Below the pieces are notes generated by a model. The model ran no database searches and was not told the DNA's origin. It was given only the letters and a program-made list of their open reading frames with translations. Positions 1 to 11,792 of a stretch of 64,000 nucleotides of DNA are shown piece after piece. Location: assembly GCF_009914755.1 (NCBI RefSeq), contig NC_060935.1, one strand, 5' to 3'. This DNA comes from the human T2T-CHM13v2.0 reference genome, Homo sapiens. A program made the translations under genes and the position numbers. Positions within the stretch are counted from its first letter, which is position 1; each line of letters opens with the position of its first letter.

Positions 1-574
1 GGCTTCAACTCGGGTTCCACGTGACTTAGCTGGGTGGCACGTGCCAGCTCTGTCTTTCCAGACCCACTTAGTTGTTCTCCCTGAGCCCTGTATTTAGAGA
101 TGTAGCTCCAAGCAGTATCTTAGCCACTCATCAACAAAGCAGGAAATATCCTCTCCCCTGCCAGCTGGTGGCTCCAGTTGTGGTATCATTGCTGTAGACC
201 CACTCTCTATGTGTACAGTTAACCCCTAGCACTTTGGTCTAGTCTGCACTTCTATTTTGGGTTATTGTTGATCTGTTTCCTGCTCAGCCCAGAAGTCTAA
301 CTCAAACTAATCTGCTTGCTTAGGCTTGAGTCATGGTCTAGCACTTGTCATTTGACTGTCATCTGTAATCAGACCCTTCATTCTCTCTCCCAGCCTGCAT
401 GAAATAACCTTTACTTTCTGAAAACCCCAGCAATTAGGGCGTGTCCATCAGAAAGGACGGCCTTTGCCATCAACACCACCTAGGCCTCATCTCCTTTTGT
501 CTTCCTTCCTTCAACATTGTATAGTGAATTGCCAACTTTCCCTACAAAGCCCGTTTCTACCTATTCTCCAGCTG

Positions 575-1750
575 CCTATGCAACCTAGACCTTTCCCTTG
601 AGCTCCAGATTCATCCAACAACTTTATGGATGTCTCCATTTCTTAGACTTACAGTTTCCACAAACTCAACATGCTTGTTTAAAAACCTCGATGGTGTCCT
701 CAACCAACACCCCAATCAGCCCCAGATTCTCTCTTGTTTTGTATTTCATGGTTTCTGCACAATTGCCCAAGCCAGAACTTAGGAACTTTTCTCAACTATT
801 CTCTCTCACCACCTACAAGTCAGTGATTCAGTCTTGTTGAGACTACCCATCAAATATGTCTCATTTTTACCCCCTTTCTCCATCCCAAATCCTTCTGCCA
901 TGGTTCATGCCACCAGTACCGTTTTTCTGGAGTCTAGCCATAGCTTTGTCTCTACTATTGCACTGTCTCTTCTTCTCATAAGCTGAAGTCTGTACCGTGG
1001 ACTGTAATGGTTCCACAAAGCCCATCGGATGCTGCCATTTTGCGACTTTTATCCTTTTGATGATTCTGCTGTCTGTAAAATAAAGGGCAAATTCCTAGTG
1101 TGGTACCTAATGTCTCATAATCTCTTCTCCAGCAATGAAAAATATTGAGTGTTTCCCAAAATAAACTGTACTTTTCTCCCCATTCTTTTCATTGCCAGAG
1201 TTCTTCCTTCTGTCACCACAGAAAAATTCTATTAAGCTTTTAGGACCCAATTTTACAGTTATATACCCTGTGAAGCCTTATTTCGAAATCTCCTTTACAC
1301 TTTCATACAAGTATCCTATATGTGTCCCTTGTGCCATCCCTGTAACTTACATATATTGTAATCAGGGCACCCAACTTTATATATTATTTTCAGTTTTTGT
1401 TTAGTTCCCCCCTCCACTAGACAAGAAACTCTTTTTGGCATCTTTGATTATTCTACATCTAGTTAAGGATTTCTCAGCAATGATGATATTGGCATTCTGG
1501 GCCAGTAATTCTTTGTTTTTGGAGGGGTATTCTGCTCATTACATGATGCTTAGCAGCCCCTCTGTCCTCCACCCACTAGATGTTAGCAGGATATTCTTGA
1601 CTTCCCCAGTAGTGACAACCAAAAATGTCTTCAGGAATTTCTAAACGTTCCCTGCAAGGGTAGGGAATGATAAAATTGACCCCAGGTAAGAACCACTAAT
1701 CAAATTTATAGTTTGGCATGTTGTCTAACTTGATCATTTGATGAATGAAA
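575..1750 (+). mobile_element. L2 LINE 3' portion, interrupted by MER20
   Basis: Degenerate L2 motifs (ctagacctttcccttgagctccagat..., caaactcaacatg, cccaagccagaacttagga) ending in a tgaatgaa-type L2 tail at ~1740-1750. Confidence 0.75.
1464..1697 (-). mobile_element. MER20 hAT-Charlie non-autonomous DNA transposon
   Basis: Reverse-strand MER20 motifs cccactagatg, gtgacaaccaaaaatgtct and terminal agaaccact. Confidence 0.85.
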
Positions 1751-2104
1751 GGAAAAAGGAAAGGAGAGAGGGAAGGAAGAAAGGAAGGAAGGACAGAAAC
1801 ACATGAAGAAATACATGAAAAGTAGGATATAGAAGCATATAACAATATGGTATTTTTAAAAGAGCCAAAAATTGCACCCAGTCAGGGATCAGTCACCTGT
1901 AAGTCTAAGATTAAACTATCCTTGTTGATATCACTGGTAGTGAGAAGGTAGAAGCAAGAAAACATAAAATAAAAATGAAAGAAAAAATTATGTTAGAGAT
2001 AGTTCAGCAAAAAGAGGGAAAAAGAAAGCCAACAAAATGAGATGCACTGGTTATAGAAAATGAAGAAGCACTAGTGGCATCCAAGGCTTATCCCAGACAG
2101 CAGT

Positions 2105-2330
2105 GAGACACTGCTGTGGTCAAGAGCACAGATCAGAAACCAGGCTTCCTGGGCCCACACTCCTCCCTATCACTTACTATCTAGCATCAGAACCTCATCT
2201 GTGGAATAGAGGAGATAGCAATGCTGCCTATATCCTGGGCTATTGTAAAGAATACATGGGACTCCAGGTACGGGATTTGGAAGAGTGTCTGGCACATTTT
2301 ATACACTTCATAAATGGTAAATATAGCCCT
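2105..2330 (+). mobile_element. MIR SINE
   Basis: gtggtcaagagcacag start, cctcatctgtggaatagaggagatagca core, gtgtctggcaca...taaatggta end. Confidence 0.75.
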
Positions 2331-3169
2331 TTTATCTGTATTAAATGTTGTTGACAAAGAGCTGCATAGTGTTATGGGCCCAGTTCTGGTCTAGAAAGAA
2401 TGTACCCCCAAATTGATCAACATGTGGGAGAAAGATAGATCTGGGGTATCATTGTAGAGCCACTGGAAGTCTAGACATTCCTTGACATTCCTACTGTCAA
2501 ATATTCTGCTTCAGTGTTTGGGCAAATATGTTTATCTTTTCAGGCCTTGCGTCCTTGCATTTTTATTATGTCCATGTAATGCCTAATTTGGAGAAAATCT
2601 TCAAGTCAAGCCTTGAGTCTTTTTTCTTTCCCTGTCACTGAGTCACACTTGGCTTCTCACAGAAGCCATTAACCAAGGAACACTCAGGTACAAATCCCAG
2701 AAGAACTTGAATGAGGCTGGGCCTGAGAGAAGCTGACATATTTACTGCTGTTGACCTAGTCATAAACTTCTCCATGCCAGGAGCCTCAGGCACTGGAGGT
2801 GGGGAGAAAGAGGATGGAACAGTGAGGGGGAAGGGGCATTTTGCCAGGTCCCCCTCAAAGAAGAGTGGATTGAAGGCAGGTCAGAAGTCAACACCAGCTT
2901 AACTGTTGCAGTGTGTGCTGAAGAGGGCTCTGCAGTCCTATCAGGATGCAATCTCAGCATCAGATTTCAGTGGGGAAGAGAGCTTGTCTGTAAATGAAAG
3001 TGCGGCTTTTACTCTTAGCGCGCTTGTGAGCTGATGTAATACAAGTGTCAGGTTGATGTATGAAGGTCCCTGTGGCATTTAAGAAAATAGCAGTTGCTTG
3101 TTTCCTTTCACATGGTCATTCCTTTTGGTTTAAAGAGGCTAAGATCAGTGGACCCGGCACAAGTTTGTG

Positions 3170-3310
3170 GGAAAAGAACTTTTCAGGGTTCCAGTCCTAG
3201 TTCCCTGAATATAACTCTTTGATATTGCCATTTTACTTCCCTAGACTTAGTTTTTTCATTTGTAAAGGAAGAGGGTTCCACTTTCCAATTTCTAAAATCC
3301 CTAAATTTTG
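3170..3310 (+). mobile_element. MIR/MIR3 fragment
   Basis: gggttccagtcctagttcc ... cttagttttttcatttgtaaa core-like sequence. Confidence 0.5.
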
Positions 3311-3649
3311 GTGACTTCTGCTTGGAGTAAGGCAATGAAAAATGTTTCCATAACACACTGGTCTGCTCTGCTCTCTGGAGCCCTTCCTACATGCATTGCA
3401 GTGAGCATTTGAAGATGGGGTAGGGGAAGAGCAATGGTCATCCCCAGCTTTCCCCATCATTCTACATTAACATTCACATGCTGCAGGTCTTATTCTGTGA
3501 AATGAAGCTCAAAGTGCCCTTATCTAAGTTAACATTCTCATTTAAATGTCATTTTAAATGTTCGTCATTCAAATCTTGCTTTACTTATGCTGAATTCATT
3601 CTACTGCAGTCTTCTCAATGTGTAGGTGTTAGATTGTAAAATCCCATAT

Positions 3650-3830
3650 TGTGTGTTGTGTGTGTGTGTATATACATATATACATATACACATATATACA
3701 CATATATACATATATACACATATATACATATATATACACATATATACACATATATACATATATACACACATATATACACGTATATATATACATATATACA
3801 TATATACATATATACACACATATATACACG

Positions 3831-3866
<36 letters not shown>

Positions 3867-3868
3867 TG
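3650..3868. repeat. (TG)n followed by compound (TA/CA)n microsatellite
   Basis: Directly visible alternating purine-pyrimidine tract of ~220 bp; explains the six overlapping IY/HT-rich ORFs. Confidence 0.98.
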
Positions 3869-4194
3869 GGACAGGGTGGCAGGAGCAAAGATGGATGAAG
3901 GACTGGTGTTATGGGTCATCCTTCTTATCAGTATAAGGTGAGAGAAGAAATGAATTAGAGAACCAAAGAAGCTTGCATTCTGATCTTCATCCTAATATTT
4001 GTGTATTTAACTTTCCCTCTACCCTTCACATTATCCACACACATACGAGTTTGTTTCTTTGGTTCTAGAACTATATTTTAATCACTTTAATATTCCCTAA
4101 AAGGACTCACATGTAGGAGATTAACTGAGTTGGATCTCTCCAACTACATCCAGGAATTTTAGCAATCATTCCTTTGCATTAAGCATTATCATTA

Positions 4195-4349
4195 GGCCAG
4201 GTGTGGTGGCTCATGCCTGTAATCTGAGCACTTTGGAAGGCTGAGGCAGGATGATCACTTGAGCCCAGGAGTTTGAGGCTGGAGTGAGCCATGATCGTGC
4301 CACTGCACCCTAGTCTAGGCAACAGAGAGAGACTGTCTATACAAAAAAA
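4195..4349 (+). mobile_element. Monomeric Alu (left-arm 5' half joined to right-arm 3' half; AluJ/FRAM-like)
   Basis: ggccaggtgtggtggctcatgcctgtaatc...gagcccaggagtttgaggctggagtgagcc...gcaacagagagagac plus A tail; TSD-like aagcattat at 4181 and 4348. Confidence 0.85.
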
Positions 4350-4371
4350 GCATTATTATAAGCCTTCCACT

Positions 4372-4615
4372 CTTATTTTTAATATAGTATATGTGATATG
4401 TGAGGCAATTTTCTAAGTACTTTATATGTATTTTCTCTATTAACTTCATGACAATTTTATGAGATAAGTACTATTGTCATCTCTATTTTAAGATTTAAAA
4501 AAATATGTTACACAGAGAAAGTAAATAATATATCCTAAGATACACAGATGGTTAGTAGTAGAGCCAGGAATAAAAAACCAGACAGACTGACTGGAGACCT
4601 AATGTTCCTACCTCT
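4372..4615 (-). mobile_element. MIR SINE
   Basis: Reverse MIR core (ttctaagtactttatatgtatt..., ctattgtcatctctatttta, gtagagccagga). Confidence 0.75.
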
Positions 4616-4767
4616 TCCACAATTCTACCTGTGGATGTAGAGATGATCCTGAAAAAGTAGTACATTAGCTATTAAACATCTTGTTATGAGTTGCTGTGCT
4701 CCACACTTGTAGATCCCTAAGATCTGGCATAACAGAGGGCTTAAAATGTAAAGATAAGGAAAGACTG

Positions 4768-7666
4768 AAATAGATAGACCACAACCTAGACTAATAAGAG
4801 AAGATCCAAGTAAACACAATTAGAAATGAAAAGGGGATATTACCACTAAGCCCACAGAAATACAAATAACTATCAGAGAATATTATGAATACCTATATGC
4901 ACACAAACTAGAAAATTTAGAAGAAAAAGATATATTCCTGAACTTATACACCCTCCCCAAAATGAAGCAGGAAGAAATTGAATCCCTGAATAGACAAATA
5001 ATGAGCTCTGAACAGATAGTAATGTTTATCAGTAATAAACATTCTACCAACCAAAAAAAGCCCAGGACCAGATAAATTCACAGCCAAATTCTATCAGAGG
5101 TACAAAGATGATCTGGTAGTTTCCTAATGAAACTATTTCAAAAAATTGAGAAGGAGGGACTCTCCCTAACTTATTCTATAAGGCCAGATACCAAAATCTG
5201 GCAGAGACACAACATAAAAAAGAAAATGTCAAGCCAATATCCTTGATGAACATCGATGCAAAAATCCTCTACAATATACTACCAAACTGAATCCAGCAGC
5301 ACATGAAAAAACTACTCCACCATGATCGAGTTGGTTTTATCCCTGGAATCCAAGGTTGGTTCAACATAAGCAAATCAATAAATGTGATTTGTCACATTAA
5401 CAGAACTAAAGACAAAAACTACATGATTATCTCAACAGATGCAGAAAAGGCTTTTGATAAAATTCAATATCCTTTCATGTTAAAAACTTTCAATAAACTG
5501 GGTATTGAAGGAACACACATCAAAATAATAAGAGCCGCCTATGACAAACCCATAGCCAACATCATTCTGAATGGGAAAAAACTTGAAGTATTCCCCTCGA
5601 AAACCAGAACAAGATAAGGCTGCTCACTCTCACCACTCGTATTCAACATAGTATTGGAAGTCCTGGCCAGAGCAATTAGGCAAAAGGAAGAAATAAAGGG
5701 CATCCAAATAGGAAGAGAGAAAGTCAAACTAACCCTGTTTGAAGATGACATGATTCTATATCTACAAAACCCCATAGTGTTGATCCAAAAACTCTTTAAG
5801 CTGATAAACAACTTAATAAGCAAAGTCTCAGGATACAAAAATCAATGTACAAAAATCAGTAGCATTTCTATACACCAACAATGTCCAAGCTGAAAGCCAA
5901 ATCAAGAACACAATCACATAAACTATAGCCACAAAGAGAATAAAATATCTAGGAATATAACTAAACAAGGAGGTGAAAGATCTCTACAATGGGAACTAAG
6001 AAAGTCCTAAAATAAATGACATAAACAAATGGGAAAATATTTTATGCTGATGGATAGGAAGACTCAATATATTTAAAATGGCCATACTGCCCAAAGCAAT
6101 TTATAAATTTAATACTATCCTTATCAAACTACCAATGGCATTCTTCACTGAATTAGAAAAACAATATTTTAAAATTCATATGGAACCAAAAAAGAGCCTA
6201 CATAGCCAAGGCACTTCTAAGCAAAAAGAACAAATCTGGAGGCATCACATTATCTGATTTCAAACTATTCTACATGGCTACAGTAACCAAAACAGCAAGG
6301 TACTGGTACGAAAACAGACATATAGACCAATGGAACAGAATAGAGAGCCCAGAAATAAGGCTGCACATCTACAACCATCCAATCTTCAGCAAAGTTGACA
6401 AAAGCAAGCAATGGGGAAAGGCTTCCTATTTAATAAATGGTGCTGGGATAACTGGCTAGCCATATTCAGAAGACTGAAATTTGACCCCTTCTTTACACCA
6501 TATACAAACATAAACAAGATGAATTAAAGACTTAAATATAAAACTCAAAGCTATAAAAACCTTGGAAGACAACCTAGACAATACCATTCTAGACATAGAA
6601 ACTGGCAAAGATTTCACGATACAGGTGCCAAAAGCAATTACAACAAAAGCAAAATTGGCAGAGGGGCTCTAATTAAACGAAAGAGCTTCCACACAGCAAA
6701 AGAAGAGTAAACAGACAACCTACAGAATGGAAGAAACATTTTTCAAACTATGCATCCAACAAAGATCTAACATTCAGCATCTATAACGAACTTAAACAAA
6801 TTTACAAGGAAACAACCCCATTAAAAAGTTGGCAAAAGACATGAACAGAAAGTTTTCAAAAGAAGATATACATGTGGCCAAGCAACATATGAAAAAGAGC
6901 TCAACATCACTGATCATTAGAGAAATGCAAACCAAAACCAAAATGAAATAATATCTCACACCAGTCAGAATGGCTGTTATTAAAAAGTCAAAAAGTAACA
7001 GATGCTAGGGAGGTTGTAGAAAAAAAAAATGCTTATACACTGTTAGTGGGGGTGTAAATTAGTTCAACCATTGAGGAAAGCAGTGTGGTGATTCCTCAAA
7101 GAGCTAAAAAGCAGATCTACCATTCAACCCAGCAATCACATAACTGGGTATATGCCCAAAGGAATATAAATTATTCTACCATAAAGACATATGCATGCAT
7201 ATGTTCATTGCAACACTGTTCACAATAGCAAAGACATGGAATTAACCTAAATGCCTATCAATGGTAGATTGGATAAAGAAAATGTGCCATATATACACCA
7301 TGGAACACTATGCAGTCATAAAAAATAACAAAATTGTGCCCTCTGCAGGAACATGGATGGAGCTAGAGGCCATTACCCTTAGCAAACTAATGCAGGAACA
7401 GAAAACCAAATACCATATGTACTCCCTTGTAAGTGAGAACTAAATGATAAGAACTCATGGACACATACAGGGGAAAAACAGACACCAGAACCTACCTGAG
7501 AGTGGAGGGTGGGAGGAGGGGGAAGATCAAGAAAAATAACTAATTGGTACTAGTCTTAATACCCGGGTGATGAAAAAATATATACATTAAACCTCCGTGA
7601 TATGGGTTTACCTATACAACAAACCTGCATATGTACCCTTAAACTTAAAATAAAAGGTTTTAAAAA
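4768..7666 (+). mobile_element. 5'-truncated L1 (L1PA13-16-like): disrupted ORF2 plus 3'UTR
   Basis: ORF2 fragments ([12 protein letters not shown]..., [19 protein letters not shown], degenerate FEDD); 3'UTR gaaaaataactaattggtac typical of older L1PA; TSD aaagactg at 4760-4767 and 7665-7672. Confidence 0.92.
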
Positions 7667-7894
7667 AGACTGTTAGAATTGATTGTAAAATTTCTCAGTT
7701 ATGTTTTGTAAAAAAGACAGAAAGAGGAAGAAGAATTTTTATATCAGTGGTTACACTTATCCCACAAAATTTTAGTTAACAGTTAAATAACCTAATCAAC
7801 CGGCTTCAAACTGACATACACAGCTGTTCATCAGATGCCTGTGGAGCTTCAAATGAAAACAAACAAAACGGAATAACCTCAAAAGCAAGATCTT

Positions 7895-10780
7895 GCTTAC
7901 ACTGTGGATGGAGATGTGAAATGGTACAGAGAATTTGGGAAACAATTTGGCAGTTTCTTACACAGTTAAACACACACTTATCATATAACCCAGCCATTGC
8001 ACTCCTGTATCATGCAAGAGAAATTAAATCGTATGTCTACACGTATTCTTATTCATGAATGTTCCAGAAACTTTATTTATAATAGCCAAAGCCTGGAAAT
8101 AACCCCAGTGTCAAACTGGTGAATGCATAAACAATTTGCAATATATGCATACAGTGAAATGCTATTGAGAAACATAAAGAAATAAAATCCTGATACATGC
8201 AACATGGATAAATATTTTTTAAAATCCTAAATTAAAGAAAGCAGACACAATGTACTGTATGTTGTATGATTTTATTTTTATGAAATTTGTAGCAAACACA
8301 AAACTAGAAGGGTGGGAGCATACAAGTATTTGAGTCAGGAGTAAGGACATTAATTAACTGCAAGTGAACACAGGTAACTCTTTTGAGGTGATGCAAATAT
8401 TATAAATTCAGGTTATGGGATGTATTAGCCCATTTTCATGCTGCTGATAAAGACATACCTGAGACTGTGCAACTTACAAAAGAAAGAGGTTTAATTGGAC
8501 TTACAGTTCCATGTGGCTGGGGAAGCTCACGATCATGGCAGAAGGTGAAATGCTCGTCTCACATGGCAGCAGACAACAGAAGAGAGCTTGTGCAGGAAAA
8601 CTCCCCCTTATATAACCATCAGATCTCATGAGACTTATTCACTATCATGAGAACAGCCCAGGAAAGACCTGACCCCATGATTCAATTACCTCCCACCAGG
8701 TACCTCCCACAACACGTGGGAATTCAAGATGAGATTTGAGTGGGGACACGGCCAAACCATATCATTCTGCCCCTGGCCCCTCCCAAATCTCATGTCCTCA
8801 CATTTCAAAACCAATCGTGACTTCCCAACAGTCCCCAAAAATCTTAACTCATTTCAGCATGAACTCAAAAGTCCACAATCTAAAGTCTCTTCCAAGACAA
8901 GGCAAGTCCCTTCTGCCTATGAGCCTGCAAAATCAAAAGCAAGTTAGTTACTTCCTAGATACAATGGAAGTACAGGCATTGGGTAAATACACCCACGCCA
9001 AATGGGAGAAATTGGCCAAAACAAAGGGGTTACAGGCCCTATGCAAGTCTGAAACCCAGCAGGGCAGTCAAATCTTAAAGCTCCAAAATTATCTCCTTCG
9101 ACTCCATGTCTCACATCCAGGTCACACTGATATAAGAGGTAGGCTCCCAGGGCCTTGGGCAGCTCTGCCCCTGTGGCTTTGCAGGATATAACCCCCCTCC
9201 TTGCTGCTTTCACAAGCTGGTGCTGCATGTCTGTGGCTTTCCAGGCATATGGTGCAAGCTGTCACTGGATCTACCGTTCTGGGGTCTGGAGTACAGTGGC
9301 CCTCTTCTCACAGCTCCCCTAGGCAGTGCCCCAGTAGGGAATCTGTGAGGAGGCTCCAATCCCACATTTCCCTTCCACACTGCCCTAGCACAGGTTTTCC
9401 ATGAGAACACCACCCCTGCAGCAAACTTGCCTGGGCTTCCAGGCATTTCCATACATGCTCTGAAACCTAGGCGAAGGTTCCTAAACCCCAATTATTGACT
9501 TCTGCACACTCACAGGCTCAACACCATGTGGAAGCTTCCTAGGCTTGGGGCTTGCACCCTGTGAAGCCACAATCCAAGCTCTACATTGGGCCATTTCAGC
9601 CATAGCTAGAGTGGCTGGGACACAGGGCACCAAGACTCTGGGCTGCACACAGCACAGGGACTCTGGGCCTGGCCCATGAAGCCATTTTCTCTGAGGCCTC
9701 TGGGCCTATGATGGGAGGGGCTGCTGTAAAGACCTCTGACATGCCCTGGAGACACTTTCCCCATTGTCTTGGTGATTAACATTCGGCTTCTCGTCACTTA
9801 AGGAAATTTCTGCAACTGGCTTGAATTTATCTTCATAAGATGGGGTTTTCTTTTCTATCACATTGTCAGGATGCAATTTTTTGAACTTTTATGCTCTGCT
9901 TCCCTTATAAAACGGAAGGTCTTTAACAGCACCCAAGTCACCTCTTGAGTTCTTTGTTGTTTCGAAATTTCTTCCACCAGATACTCTAAATCATCTCTCT
10001 CAAGTTCAAAGTTCCACAAATCTCTAGAGCAGGAGAAAAATGCCAACAGTCTCTTTGCTAAAACATAAGTCACCTTTGCTCCAGTTCCCAACAAGTTCCT
10101 CATCTCCATCTGAGACAACCTCAGCCTAGATTTCATTGTCCATATCATTATCAGCATTTTGGTCAAAGCCATTCAACAAGTCTCTAGGTAGCTCCAAATT
10201 TTCCCACATTTTTCTGTCTTCCGAGCCCTCTAAACTGTTCCAACCTCTGCCTGTTACCCAGTTGCAAAGTTGCTTCCACATTTTTGGTTATCTTTTCAGC
10301 AGCACACCACCCTACTGGTACCAATTTGCTGTATTAGTCTGTTTTCAGGCTGCTGATAAAGACATACCCAAGACTGGGCAATTTACAAAAGAAAGAGGTT
10401 TAATTGGACTTACAGTTCCACGTGGCTGGGGAAGCCTCACAATCATGGCAGAAGGTGAAAGGCACTTATCACATGGTGACAGACAAAAGAAGGGAGCTTG
10501 TGCAGGGAAACTCCCCCTTATATAATCAGCAGGTCTCATGAGACTTATTCACTATCATGAGAACAGCACAGGAAAGACCTGAACCCATGATTCAATTACC
10601 CAGGTCCCTCCCACAACACGTGGGAATTCGAGATGAGATTTGGGTGGGGACAGAGCCAAACCATATCATGGGATAATTGTATAACTATAAATTTACTAAA
10701 ACTGACCTAATTGTTCTCTCAAAACGGGTAAATTTTATGGTGTGTAAAAATACCTCAATAAAGCTGATTTAAAAAAACAA
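7895..10780 (+). mobile_element. Old L1M (L1MB/ME-like) 3' end, split by the THE1 insertion
   Basis: aacaatttggcagtttctta, tttatttataatagccaaa at 7940-8100; resumes after 10673 and ends in tacctcaataaagctg. Confidence 0.75.
8421..10668 (-). mobile_element. Complete THE1 (THE1B-like) MaLR: LTR 8421-8764, internal 8765-10329, LTR 10330-10668
   Basis: Two similar ~340-bp LTRs (tgtattag...gccaaaccatatca), a MaLR internal region between them, and an exact 5-bp TSD TGGGA at 8416-8420 and 10669-10673. Confidence 0.95.
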
Positions 10781-10836
10781 AATCAAAAAACATAAGCCTT
10801 CTTCTAAACTTCCTAAACCAGAAATCTCTGGCACTA

Positions 10837-11323
10837 TTTTTTTTAATGTGGAAAAATACACCTAACATAAAATTTTCCATTTCTATCATTTTAAGTACAC
10901 AGCTCAGTGGCATTTAGCCCATTCATATTATTATGGAATCATGATGATTATACATCTCCAGGATATTTTTAGCATTTCAAACGAAATTCTGTACTTATTA
11001 GACAATAATCCCAAATTTCCTGCTGCCCTAGCTCTTGGCAGCCATTCTACTTCTATCTCTAAGAATTTGACTACTCTAGGTACATTATGTAAGTGAAACC
11101 ATACAGTGTTTGTCTTCTGGTGTCTGGTTGTTTCACGCAGCATAATGCCTTCTGGGTTCATCAATGTTGTGGCATGTGTCAGAATTTCCTTCCTTTAATG
11201 GAATGATTTTTGATTCCATTGTATATATTTACATTTCATGTATCCATGCATCTGGCAATGAACATTTGGGTTGTTTCTACCCTTTGCTTATTGTGAATAG
11301 TGCTGCTAAGAGCATTGTTGTAC
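10837..11323 (-). mobile_element. L1MB 3' end
   Basis: Reverse L1MB 3'UTR (gaatttgactactctaggtac, catttgggttgtttctac, ttgtgaatagtgctgct). Confidence 0.85.
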
Positions 11324-11574
11324 CTTGGTACTGTTTTTATAACTTGTATTTTTTCTTTGGGGGGAAGGGAATCAATGGCTTTAATTATATTTTCAAAGGG
11401 GTTTGCGATACAAAATTCTAGCTGTGTAACTGACTATAGTAGACATAAATAAATAAAGGCTTCATGCCTTCATTTCCTGGCTGAGGGATCAGTCTAGCAA
11501 TTCAGAATGGATCATGTATGTACTATATCAAATACTTATCATATATTTACTAGAATTAAGCAACAACACATAGA

Positions 11575-11792
11575 TAATGATGATCATCCTACAGTACTTC
11601 AACATGTACCAGGCTCTATACTAGGCACTTTTTATCCCTTATAACATTTAGTTCTTAGGATACACTTCTCATCCTCACTTTTGAGGCAATGGGGAGTTCA
11701 ATAATTTACGCAAAGTCAGTAGAGATTTCTTAGTCAAATTCAGCTCTTTCTAGCCCAAAGGTTATGTTCACAACCACTTTGCAATACTGTCT
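11575..11792 (-). mobile_element. MIR SINE
   Basis: atgtaccaggctctatactaggcacttt..., ataatttacgcaaagtca, aaccactttgcaatactg. Confidence 0.6.

Noticed and set aside
3601-3941. Six overlapping IY/YT/HI-rich ORFs
   Set aside because: Artefact of the stop-free (TA/CA)n microsatellite.
8729-10539. ORFs up to 151 aa
   Set aside because: Fragments of THE1 internal and LTR sequence, not host genes.
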